Below, one piece after another: positions 1 through 8,557 of a stretch of 64,000 nucleotides of DNA. Made by a program: the position numbers and the translations under genes. The DNA is from a virus (lineage: Duplodnaviria; Caudoviricetes): the IMG/VR virus record IMGVR_UViG_3300028410_000746, one strand, 5' to 3'. Each line of letters starts with the position of its first letter. Within the stretch, counting starts at the first letter, position 1. The notes below the pieces were generated by a model. That model saw only the letters and a program-made list of their open reading frames with translations. It searched no databases and was not told the DNA's origin.

Positions 1-1063
1 CGACCGGGCCCGCGACCTTGGACGTGAGCTTGTCCTTGGTCTGACTCTGGAAGCTAAGATCACCCGACCAGAAGACGCTCACAATGACCTTGCTACCCTC
101 CTGAATGTCCTCGGCGGTGATGTCCAGACTCTTGGGCACGTCCCCGGAAGCGTCCAGATACGCCCGTATTGCCGATCTGACGCCTCTGCGCATCCCGGTG
201 GCATGCTCACCCCCAAACGCGTTGGGGATCGTGTTAGCGAACGCATACAGCTCTTCGTTGGTATCCTCGGTCCACTTGAGCGCCCAGTCGACGCGTAGAC
301 CCGGCGAGGTCCCAGAACCGAGGATGGTCTGAGTATGCACAGGAACAGACTTGGCGCGACGCTCAACGGCATCCATATACTCCGCCAAACCTTCCCGGTG
401 TTCAAAGACCTCCTCCTCATGACCCTCAGCGCGCAGAACGATCCTCAGGCCTGGGTTCAGGTACGTCTTGATTTCGAGACGCTCCCGCAGCAGGTCCAGG
501 TCGTAGCTCTGGTCTCCGAAGATCTCCGAGTCCGGCGTGAACGCGATGCGCGTCCCCGTACGGCTCTTGGGCACCTTGGCCCCTTCGAGCACTGGAGCCT
601 CCGGGCGACCCTGAATGTAGCTCTGAGTGTAGGTCTTGCCCCCTCTCCAAACAGTCGCCTCCAGCCGCTGACTCAGGAAGTTGGCCACCGAAGCTCCAAC
701 ACCGTGTAGTCCTCCCGAGGTCGAATACGAGCCCCCCTCCTCGAACTTGGCCCCTGCGTGCAAGACCGTGAGGACCACCTCAAGCGAGCTGACGCCGCGT
801 TGGGGGTGTATCGCAACCGGGATGCCTCGGCCATCGTCCTGAACGCTAATGCTCTTGAGGTCTGCCGAAAGCTCCACCTCGATGACCGAAGCGTGACCGT
901 TCATCGCCTCGTCGACGCTGTTGTCTACGATCTCCCAGACGATGTGGTGGAACCCACCCTTACCCGTATCTCCGATATACATGCCTGGACGCTTACGCAC
1001 CGCATCCCGCCCCTCCAGCACCTCGATGTTGGATGCGTCGTACTCATAGGTCTTATCGGCCAT
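1..1063 (-). CDS. gyrB: DNA gyrase B / type IIA topoisomerase B subunit, N-terminal part (runs off window; absent from ORF track)
   Basis: Manual translation from ATG at 1063: MADKTYEYDASNIEVLEGRDAVRKRPGMYIG...EIVDNSVDE...DDGRGIPV...HAGAKFEEGGSYSTSGGLHGVGASVAN, the GHKL ATPase motifs of GyrB/ParE. Confidence 0.93.
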   Translation of the reverse strand, partial: MADKTYEYDASNIEVLEGRDAVRKRPGMYIGDTGKGGFHHIVWEIVDNSVDEAMNGHASVIEVELSADLKSISVQDDGRGIPVAIHPQRGVSSLEVVLTVLHAGAKFEEGGSYSTSGGLHGVGASVANFLSQRLEATVWRGGKTYTQSYIQGRPEAPVLEGAKVPKSRTGTRIAFTPDSEIFGDQSYDLDLLRERLEIKTYLNPGLRIVLRAEGHEEEVFEHREGLAEYMDAVERRAKSVPVHTQTILGSGTSPGLRVDWALKWTEDTNEELYAFANTIPNAFGGEHATGMRRGVRSAIRAYLDASGDVPKSLDITAEDIQEGSKVIVSVFWSGDLSFQSQTKDKLTSKVAGPV

Positions 1064-1119
1064 GTTCGTCTATCCTGTTGGTGGTGTGCGGCGACTGTAC
1101 CCGCATGCGAATTCGATGA

Positions 1120-1461
1120 CTAGTGCTCGCCATGCCAAAGCATACACTGACCACCCTCAAGCGGCTTGAAGCCGAGGCTCCCGTAGAACTTTTGAAGGCT
1201 CTGGGGGTCCGAACCATAACCACCGGGAGCGACGAGCATACAGGGACGGCCCATCTTGGTGGCCTCCTCCTGGAGCGCCTCGACGAGCCGACGGCCTACG
1301 CCCTTGCCCCGTTGAGACTCGGGCTTGACGCTGACTCGGCTGACCCACCACCGCCCCTCCCACGAATGCCAGTCCACACTCGCAACGCTCAGGTGGCGAC
1401 CCGTCTCATCCAGCATCGAGGCCGACATGTGCTCCGGCGTCACGACCATTTTGATTTCCAT
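1120..1461 (-). CDS. GNAT family acetyltransferase
   Basis: VSVKPESQRGKGVGRRLV acetyl-CoA motif, FYGSLGF C-terminal motif; AAGGAG RBS before ATG 1461. Confidence 0.85.
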   Translation of the reverse strand: MEIKMVVTPEHMSASMLDETGRHLSVASVDWHSWEGRWWVSRVSVKPESQRGKGVGRRLVEALQEEATKMGRPCMLVAPGGYGSDPQSLQKFYGSLGFKPLEGGQCMLWHGEH

Positions 1462-1489
1462 ACCACACTCCTTAAGGGTTGACACGTCG

Positions 1490-1519
1490 TCTATACCACG
1501 CCACACTCTTTTACGTCAA
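1490..1519 (-). promoter_or_regulatory. sigma70-type promoter upstream of GNAT/gyrB
   Basis: TTGACG-N18(ending GTGG)-TATAGA. Confidence 0.6.
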
Positions 1520-1807
1520 GCACACGCTAATGCTTTTATATCGAGCCCGGATAGACCTGCGTGTAATCGAGGCTACGGATTTCCATGTCAATGTTGAACA
1601 CAATCAAGCATCAGTTGATCTCGCGCTCTGCGCAGGGTTGGCAGTGCTACGTCGTGTTTGCTCTGACGCTGCCCTCCAACCCGGCCATCGTGTCGGGCCT
1701 TACCGGCAGCGCCCCCGGACCCCCATAGCTCTCGACGTCAATCACGTACCCCACCACGGGAAGAGAGCTTGAAAAAGCCTTCTTCCCTTTTTTTATGCCA
1801 GGACCTC

Positions 1808-1837
1808 TTGACGAATTGTGAACCCTTGTGGCACAAG
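1808..1837 (+). promoter_or_regulatory. candidate promoter of the sigma factor gene
   Basis: TTGACG-N18(ending TTGTGG)-CACAAG; same -35 and GTGG as the other promoters, poor -10. Confidence 0.4.
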
Positions 1838-1866
1838 AGAGTCCTGACATACGAGGAGGAGCGACC

Positions 1867-2412
1867 ATGTACGATTTCAACGCAGAGCTGTGTGAGCTGA
1901 TCCCAATGCTCACGCCCCACGCGCGCCGATACTGCAAGTCTCAGGCGGACGCTGAGGACCTCGTACAGCAGACGGTCGAGCGAGCCCTGGTGTACTCCCA
2001 CAGCTACAAGCCTGGGACGAACATGAAGGCCTGGGTCACCTTCATCATGCGCAACCTGTACATCAACTCCTGGAACAAGCACGTGCGAACCCTCAAGATG
2101 CACGAGCGGCTTGAAGGAGAGCCCCGGAAGAAGGCTGAGAAGCCCGACGCCGGAGACAATGAGCGCGACGCTCAGAAGCTCCTGGACACGCTGGAGGCTT
2201 CACTCACTCCGGTGTACTTCGCCACGCTCAAGCTGTGCGCCTACGAGGGGAAGAGCTACCTCGAAATTGCGGACATCCTGGACATCCCGATCGGCACGGT
2301 GATGAGCCGGCTGCACCGCGCACGCAAGAAGGCCCGCGAAACTCTCCTGGAGTTCTACGGGCCCGAGATGCTCAATGAGTTCGCCGCCGATGTGGTAGCT
2401 ACGGCGAAGTAG
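1867..2412 (+). CDS. ECF-type RNA polymerase sigma factor
   Basis: DAEDLVQQTVERA region 2, NMKAWVTFIMRNLYIN, region 4 HTH SYLEIADILDIPIGTVMSRLHRAR; GAGGAGG RBS. Confidence 0.93.
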   Translation: MYDFNAELCELIPMLTPHARRYCKSQADAEDLVQQTVERALVYSHSYKPGTNMKAWVTFIMRNLYINSWNKHVRTLKMHERLEGEPRKKAEKPDAGDNERDAQKLLDTLEASLTPVYFATLKLCAYEGKSYLEIADILDIPIGTVMSRLHRARKKARETLLEFYGPEMLNEFAADVVATAK

Positions 2413-2413
2413 C

Positions 2414-3109
2414 TCAGTCGGTCGTGCCGAAGCCGCCCCGTGACTTCGCGTCGATCTCCTTGAGGAGACGAGGGATCAGCTCGGGGCGGCTTGCCGGTAC
2501 GAAGACCGCCTGCACCATCCCCACGTCCTTCTTGAAGATCAGGTCAGGCTCCTCCACCTCCGTAAAGACGTCATAGGCCCCGTAACCATCATCGGAGACC
2601 TTGACGTACTTGGAGGTTGCATCCATCGCAGCACCAAACGCGTCAAAAGCCTGCGCCGTGAGAGGCTTGTTCTTCAGGGGACGATCGAGCACGAGGTTTC
2701 CCACGAACTTGAGCTTGGGCTGATCACGCTCAAGGTGAAGCTTGATCGTGTCCGTCTGCCCCCGGAAGCTGGGGTCGATGACGCCCAGCGTGTTGCAGAT
2801 GCGCACGCTGTGTGCCCTCTTGGTGCCCATGCTCGAACGGGGAACCATGAGCATAAACAGAGGCACAGGCGTCTGAAGGATCACGCCCGTGTCGATCTCA
2901 CGTCGGCAACCATGCGGCAAGTAAATGTCTTTCGGAGCGTGGAGGTCGTAACCCACGTTGCCCGGCAGGGGAGGCTCGGGCGCCTTGACCCCCTTGGCCA
3001 CGTGCATCGAAACCCCAAAGCCCGTGAGGAGAGACTCAAGCCCCTCCAAACCCACAAGAGATGTGATCGGGTCCTGCTGGCCTTCGTCGCTCGTCTGATC
3101 GTCACTCAT
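2414..3109 (-). CDS. dut: trimeric dUTPase with large insertion
   Basis: Motifs VGYDL, PRSS, GVIDPSFRG, MVQAVF, RGGFGTT. Confidence 0.88.
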   Translation of the reverse strand: MSDDQTSDEGQQDPITSLVGLEGLESLLTGFGVSMHVAKGVKAPEPPLPGNVGYDLHAPKDIYLPHGCRREIDTGVILQTPVPLFMLMVPRSSMGTKRAHSVRICNTLGVIDPSFRGQTDTIKLHLERDQPKLKFVGNLVLDRPLKNKPLTAQAFDAFGAAMDATSKYVKVSDDGYGAYDVFTEVEEPDLIFKKDVGMVQAVFVPASRPELIPRLLKEIDAKSRGGFGTTD

Positions 3110-3555
3110 AGTCTCTCCAGTACCTTCTTGGTGATGCGTTGGGCTTCTTGCCGGTGGTACGCATCAGCGTCTAAACTCTTGTCCGTGTCCGAGTAGGGGA
3201 CATACGGGTAATGCTGAACATAGTCCAACTTCGCGGCAGGCTCAACCCCGATGTAGACCACAGCGCGATACATCTCCGGACAGTGGCCGTTGCTCTCGTG
3301 ACGATACAGGGTGGCATGCCCCGCGTCCCCCACATACGCTGCGACCTTGCGCGTCACCTGATCTGAGCGACCTCCAGCCACGAAGAGCACCGTTGAAGGG
3401 AACATCGCCCCACGGCGAACCTTGGACGCTGCCTTCAGGGACTTCAACTTAGACTTGCCTTTGCGAAGCTTCGCCCCACGGCCTATGCCATTCGGCGGTC
3501 CCAGCTTCGTCGCAGGAAGCGCCCTCTTGGGCGGACCGACGTTGTACTTCGACAT
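3106..3555 (-). CDS. hypothetical protein, basic N-terminus
   Basis: ORF with RBS; stop overlaps dut start (ATGA). Confidence 0.6.
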   Translation of the reverse strand: MSKYNVGPPKRALPATKLGPPNGIGRGAKLRKGKSKLKSLKAASKVRRGAMFPSTVLFVAGGRSDQVTRKVAAYVGDAGHATLYRHESNGHCPEMYRAVVYIGVEPAAKLDYVQHYPYVPYSDTDKSLDADAYHRQEAQRITKKVLERL

Positions 3556-3609
3556 GATAGACCTCCTTGGACAGCTATCTCGGCACCGTACCTCAAGACC
3601 TGGGGTGGG

Positions 3610-3945
3610 TCAAAGGAGATCATCGCGCTCGAAAGGATTTCGTAGGCGAACGGGCTCATGAAGGTTCTCCCCCTCATGACCATGAGGGACCAGGATGCGA
3701 TCCACCACCGCTTGGGTCGTGTAGGAGGTGAGCGTTGACCGATTCTTGTCCGTCAAGAAGCCACTCGCTGTCCACTGCTCGACCAGGAAGTAGTCGCACG
3801 AGTACGGCGAAACCCCCGACTCTCGGAGTGAGGACAGGAGCGTAGAGGTCACGCAGTGCTCCGCTGCGGCGCGCGTCGTATGAAGCGCCACCGCCGTCCG
3901 ATGCCCTCCCACAGATACCACAACTACATAGACAAACTCGGTCAC
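3610..3945 (-). CDS. hypothetical protein
   Basis: GGAGGG RBS; GTGA overlap with upstream ORF. Confidence 0.5.
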   Translation of the reverse strand: MTEFVYVVVVSVGGHRTAVALHTTRAAAEHCVTSTLLSSLRESGVSPYSCDYFLVEQWTASGFLTDKNRSTLTSYTTQAVVDRILVPHGHEGENLHEPVRLRNPFERDDLL

Positions 3946-4193
3946 AACAAGCCCTCCTGAGCGCGCAAGAGCATCCGCTCCATCCGACGACCCGCCCAGT
4001 GGTACATGATGCTCAAGATGTAAGACAGCGCCGGGTAGAGAGTATCCACCAGACGCGACAGAGCCACCTCGCAAAGATCACCCTGGGGGGTCGCGTGAAT
4101 CTCCACGACGACCTCCCCGTCCTGGGACATGTGGCAGGAGACCTCCCAAACCGAAGGGAAAGCCCTCTTGATAGTCTGGGTCGGGTCGATCAC
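3942..4193 (-). CDS. hypothetical protein
   Basis: Tightly coupled ORF in minus-strand operon. Confidence 0.5.
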   Translation of the reverse strand: MIDPTQTIKRAFPSVWEVSCHMSQDGEVVVEIHATPQGDLCEVALSRLVDTLYPALSYILSIMYHWAGRRMERMLLRAQEGLL

Positions 4194-4405
4194 GGGGTCT
4201 CCCCCGGAAACTCGCGGTCGAGATCAACCTGAGACAGGATAGACAGGCGCCTACATGCCTCCTCCGGATTACTCGCGAAGTGACGGAGCGTCTTCTCTCG
4301 CGGGTCCTGAGACGCCACAGCACGTCTCAAGGCCTCGTCGTACAGACGGGCCCATCCACGCGTCTCGGCACGGTCCTTACGGCGCATGTGGCCCTTGAGA
4401 GACAT
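4190..4405 (-). CDS. hypothetical protein
   Basis: Coupled start/stop overlaps with neighbours. Confidence 0.45.
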   Translation of the reverse strand: MSLKGHMRRKDRAETRGWARLYDEALRRAVASQDPREKTLRHFASNPEEACRRLSILSQVDLDREFPGETP

Positions 4406-4848
4406 CAGCGACCACCCTTCGCCTTGATCAGCTCTCCGCCCGAGATGCGCATGGCCTCCGTACCTCGGATACCGGGCATCATCAGATCCTGGAAGGCCGG
4501 GTCAATCGACGCGAGCGCGATGTCCCAGATCAGGTCGATCACGGTCCCGGCAGTCACGTATAGAGGTTGGAAGTTGTGCATCGTCGACTTGATGTCCCGG
4601 AAGATCTCGCGACCGCCACGGGTCTTGAGAATGAGCACGAACTGACGCACAGGGACCGTGATCTTCTCCGGCTTACTGAACTCCATCGGGAAGCGGATCT
4701 GAACCCTCTTGTCCCCCGCCGTGATCTTGGGACTCGGGTGGAAGCCCCAACCCTCGATCTCAACGTAGACGTCTTGCCCCTCAATCATACGCTGCAAGAC
4801 CTCTTGCTCGTTGTCATTGAGGGGGATGTATCTGATATCAGCTCTCAT
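4405..4848 (-). CDS. hypothetical protein
   Basis: 147-aa ORF with RBS, typical codon usage. Confidence 0.65.
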   Translation of the reverse strand: MRADIRYIPLNDNEQEVLQRMIEGQDVYVEIEGWGFHPSPKITAGDKRVQIRFPMEFSKPEKITVPVRQFVLILKTRGGREIFRDIKSTMHNFQPLYVTAGTVIDLIWDIALASIDPAFQDLMMPGIRGTEAMRISGGELIKAKGGR

Positions 4849-4881
4849 TGTACTACCTCGCTTGCTGCTGCTGCACAGGGC

Positions 4882-5298
4882 TCAATCTTCGAGCACTGTG
4901 ATCTTGTAGGCGCGCGCGCGGCCATCACGGCCCGAGCGCACGTGGAAGGAGACCCTCATGCCCTTGGTGAGCATGACGTGATCCGAGCCCGACACATCCG
5001 TGAAGTGAGCGAACGCGTCCGCCTTACCCTCACGCTGAATGAAGCCGTACCCCTTCTCATCATTGAAAAACTTGACCTCGCCTACCTCCTCCTCCAATCC
5101 GGGAGGATTCACGCGCGAGACCTCGATGGCTTGCCAACCCTTACGGCCTTCCACGCCCTTGAAGAGAACGTCTTCACCCTCGATGAGGATGTCTTGGCCT
5201 TCGGGAAGGTCCGTGACGTGGACGAAGTAGTCCGTGCCGTCCTTCTCGATGAAGCCAAAGCCCTTGGTATAGTTGAAGAATTTGACTCGACCTTGCAT
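4882..5298 (-). CDS. tandem two-domain cold-shock protein
   Basis: Two CSD repeats: GRVKFFNYTKGFGFI...YFVH and GEVKFFNDEKGYGFI...FAHF. Confidence 0.92.
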   Translation of the reverse strand: MQGRVKFFNYTKGFGFIEKDGTDYFVHVTDLPEGQDILIEGEDVLFKGVEGRKGWQAIEVSRVNPPGLEEEVGEVKFFNDEKGYGFIQREGKADAFAHFTDVSGSDHVMLTKGMRVSFHVRSGRDGRARAYKITVLED

Positions 5299-5404
5299 CT
5301 CACTCACGATATTCACCTCGGTCCACGACTGGGAGTCTTGTGCGGGTTGGTCCGTGATCACCAGATATAAGCGAATCATCAGGGGCCCCCGTAACCAGAC
5401 CGCA

Positions 5405-5755
5405 TCAGGAGGACTCTTCCCCCTGGTCGCCCGTATCGGGCCGGAGAGCGAAGAGAAAGTCTGCCACGGCTACAGACGCGAGGAACTGTGATCGAAGCCA
5501 GGAGAGGCGCGCTGAGAAGGCCTCACCATCCAAAGCATCCAGCTCGCCAGTGCGACGAAGACGCAAGCCCAGCCAGAAGTTCATTTCGATGGCCATGTGC
5601 AGGGTCTCAACCCGGTTGAGCATCAGGGACGAGGCCTCTCCCACCTCCTCCGCCATCCTGGAGAGTGACGCGAGAGCCTGAAGCCCTTGACCAACCTCCT
5701 CGGAGGTTTGATCTCTCGAACGGGTGCGGCGGTAGGGACGTCTACGAGACATCAA
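5405..5755 (-). CDS. hypothetical protein
   Basis: ORF coupled to upstream gene (TGATG overlap). Confidence 0.5.
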   Translation of the reverse strand: MMSRRRPYRRTRSRDQTSEEVGQGLQALASLSRMAEEVGEASSLMLNRVETLHMAIEMNFWLGLRLRRTGELDALDGEAFSARLSWLRSQFLASVAVADFLFALRPDTGDQGEESS

Positions 5756-6069
5756 TCATCCTCCGAAGGCTTCAGAACTGGGGTCTGGGGTTGCTGCCCG
5801 TTGGCTTCCCGGTGACGATCGTTGTACTGCTGAACGTGCGCCAGGAACTCGGCGTTCTCCTCGATGAGGTCCTTGACCAGCGTGTCGTCTCGCATCGCGA
5901 AAGCGATGTAGTTCTCTTCGATGTTCATGCACCCCGAGCTGAGGTCCGAGCCACACTTCAAAAGCGCCGCACGTGAGACCGGATTACGAGCCATGATGCT
6001 GTACACCAGCGACTCCTCCATATACTCCAGGCCACAGCGACCCTGCACAAACCAAAAACACGCCATCAT
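5752..6069 (-). CDS. hypothetical protein
   Basis: ORF in operon; start uncertain. Confidence 0.5.
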   Translation of the reverse strand: MMACFWFVQGRCGLEYMEESLVYSIMARNPVSRAALLKCGSDLSSGCMNIEENYIAFAMRDDTLVKDLIEENAEFLAHVQQYNDRHREANGQQPQTPVLKPSEDD

Positions 6070-6099
6070 CCACCTCGCTCAACTTGATTCGGTCTTGGG

Positions 6100-7620
6100 T
6101 CAGTCGTCATCATCGTCATCGTCCTCGTCCTCGTCGTACTCATCGTACTTACTGTACTTATTCCTCGGACCATCGTACGCGTCGTACGCGTCGTACTCAT
6201 CTCCATCCACGAGGGCGACACCCTCAGGACGGTAATCCGAAGGGCGCCACGAGTCTCCGAACGTGATGTCACGCTCGTTGAAGACGATATCCCCGGCCTT
6301 CCAATCAACCGGGAGTTCGTCCAGCTTGACGCGGCGCAAGACCTCTCGAACATGAGCACCAGAGAGCTTCAAGTTGAGCGCCATCTGAACGATGATTTGA
6401 GTCTGGTCCGTGCTCAGGGTGACCCCTTCCAGGGTCCCCAGATACTGGATCACACGACCCATGACGTGAGGGGGAGGCGGCTTGATGTGCCAGATCTCGT
6501 CGAACCGGCCGGGCCTCTTGAGGGCATCCGGGAGACGATTCAGATCGTTGGTCGTCGCGAGCAGGAGAGGCACCGTCGTGGACGTCTCCTCGAAGAGGTC
6601 GAGCAGCTCCTCCAACTTGCGTCCCATCCGGTCGATGTCGTCGATGAGCACGACGTCGGGAGCGATCAGCACAAGCGCGTCCATGAAGTAGCTGATACTG
6701 TTAGCCTTCAAGATCGCGTTCGTTGGCACGTAGAGAACACGACGATCCGTAACCTCCATGCCCAGATGGCGCGCCAGGGTCGACTTGCCCATGCCCGGAT
6801 CACCGTGGAGGATCACGAAGCGACGCATCCCAATCGACAGGGCACGCTTCCAACGCTCCACCAGCTTGAGCCCGAAATCGCCTTCGTACTTCCACAGGGG
6901 CCGATCCGCCTCGCGGAACGCGAACTCACGCTGCTCCGACCACTGCATGACGATCTCGCGACCCTTGCTGTCCCACAGGAGCGCGGAGAGGGCCCGACGA
7001 ACATGAGCGATGTCGTGATCCTGGGAACACACCAGCTCCGAGTAGTCGAACGACTCACGAAACCAATAGACGTCTACCACCGCGTTGGGGACCGGCTCGC
7101 CAGCCTCATTCGTGAGAGGCTCCTCTCCCGGCAAGGGCTTCAGCTCCAACGGGTACGAATACAGCGTGGGCCCCTTGCGCTTCTGGTCCGAGGAGGGAGA
7201 AGACTCGACCTCCACGATGTGGTCAGCGTCCAGGAGGTTCACGAACAGGTGCGTCACCGAATCCTGAGTCAACAGGTGCGACGTCTCCTTGATCTCCTTG
7301 AACATGCGGAGAGCAGGAGCCACCGTAATGCGGTCGAAATCGTAGAGCGTTTCCGCAACCTTGAAGCCCGCATGGAGCCACGTCAACGGGTTCTCTTTCT
7401 TGAGGCCCGCGCCGATCTTGAACAGACGCTCGCCCTTGCGAACCGCCTCCTTCACGTCCCGACGGTTGTAGAATTCGCGCGCCCTCTTCGCCCCATTCTT
7501 GACACTCTCGCGCACCTCAGCCACCACAGAGGTGCTCTCCCCGCCCTCGGGGTCCGGGACATAAGAGGAACCCCCCGGTGAGGACTTGGGCCCGATCTTC
7601 TCGAAGTCATTTTCACTCAT
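6100..7620 (-). CDS. AAA+ ATPase with acidic tail
   Basis: Walker A GDPGMGKS, Walker B VLIDDID, sensor TTN, ALKRPGRFD Arg finger. Confidence 0.9.
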   Translation of the reverse strand: MSENDFEKIGPKSSPGGSSYVPDPEGGESTSVVAEVRESVKNGAKRAREFYNRRDVKEAVRKGERLFKIGAGLKKENPLTWLHAGFKVAETLYDFDRITVAPALRMFKEIKETSHLLTQDSVTHLFVNLLDADHIVEVESSPSSDQKRKGPTLYSYPLELKPLPGEEPLTNEAGEPVPNAVVDVYWFRESFDYSELVCSQDHDIAHVRRALSALLWDSKGREIVMQWSEQREFAFREADRPLWKYEGDFGLKLVERWKRALSIGMRRFVILHGDPGMGKSTLARHLGMEVTDRRVLYVPTNAILKANSISYFMDALVLIAPDVVLIDDIDRMGRKLEELLDLFEETSTTVPLLLATTNDLNRLPDALKRPGRFDEIWHIKPPPPHVMGRVIQYLGTLEGVTLSTDQTQIIVQMALNLKLSGAHVREVLRRVKLDELPVDWKAGDIVFNERDITFGDSWRPSDYRPEGVALVDGDEYDAYDAYDGPRNKYSKYDEYDEDEDDDDDDD

Positions 7621-8489
7621 GTACTCTTGACCTTGGTAAAGGGGACGTAGCAGTAGCGGCAACTGGACGGGCACCCGAACTGGGGACCGTTGCAGGGGTC
7701 AATCGACAACTGACACGTGCATCCATTCTCAGGGATGAGCGTCGTATCCAGGCCGAACACGCGGTCGAGCCTAACACGGTCAATACAGCTAGTCGAGAAG
7801 CAATGCGCCTCATCATACCCCAAAGCCTGGAGCAACGCCAAGTCATCCGCGCAAACGCCTACGCGAATACCCTCCACAGAAGCCAGCTCCACCAGCAGTT
7901 TCAAGACCGCCTGCCGGGCCAAGGCCTCCTCGACCGGGGTTCCGGTCTCATTCTCGAAGGCATAGCCCTTGTCCCAGTGCGGAGACGGCTGCAAAAGGCT
8001 CACATCCACCTCGGTATGCCCCAAGGCCGTCATCTCACGACACAGCTCCGAGAAACGGCCCTGACGGCCCGCGTTGAAGAGGAAGTCGTTGGGCACCGGA
8101 CTGTAGCGCCACCGGGTCTTCTCGGTTCCCAAGACATCCACGAGAGCCTTGATGGCGTCGAGCTGCTCGACGTAGGGAGGAACTCTCGTCTCAACCTCCT
8201 CCCAGCCCGTGATGGTGAGCGCAGCAAAGACCCTGTAGTCCTTGAGCCAGGACGACAGGGCCTCGGTGAGCTTGGGGGGATACTTGGTCCAGAAGTAGAG
8301 CGAGTGGACCTGCTCCGGCGACGAATCCCACATGCCCAGCGTCAGACGGTCGGGGTCCGTCGCGAAGAACGGCTTGCCCGTCGTGATGATGTCCTTGAGC
8401 CACGGCATGTACCAGTGCGCCGTGTCGGTCCAACGGGACAAGGAAATAGGAAGGCCGCGCTCCAGGGTGCTCTTGAGCTGAAAAGACAT
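7617..8489 (-). CDS. DUF1848-like radical-SAM/Fe-S protein
   Basis: SLSRWTD N-terminus, YFWTKYP, TRWRYSP, C-terminal CTC...GCPSSCRYCY. Confidence 0.75.
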   Translation of the reverse strand: MSFQLKSTLERGLPISLSRWTDTAHWYMPWLKDIITTGKPFFATDPDRLTLGMWDSSPEQVHSLYFWTKYPPKLTEALSSWLKDYRVFAALTITGWEEVETRVPPYVEQLDAIKALVDVLGTEKTRWRYSPVPNDFLFNAGRQGRFSELCREMTALGHTEVDVSLLQPSPHWDKGYAFENETGTPVEEALARQAVLKLLVELASVEGIRVGVCADDLALLQALGYDEAHCFSTSCIDRVRLDRVFGLDTTLIPENGCTCQLSIDPCNGPQFGCPSSCRYCYVPFTKVKST

Positions 8490-8527
8490 CGTACCGCCTC
8501 ACTGATGGGTATTGACTACACCGGCAA

Positions 8528-8557
8528 GTGGTACCACAACAGATAAGAGGCTGTCAA
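8528..8557 (-). promoter_or_regulatory. sigma70-type promoter upstream of DUF1848/AAA operon
   Basis: TTGACA-N18(ending TTGTGG)-TACCAC. Confidence 0.5.
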
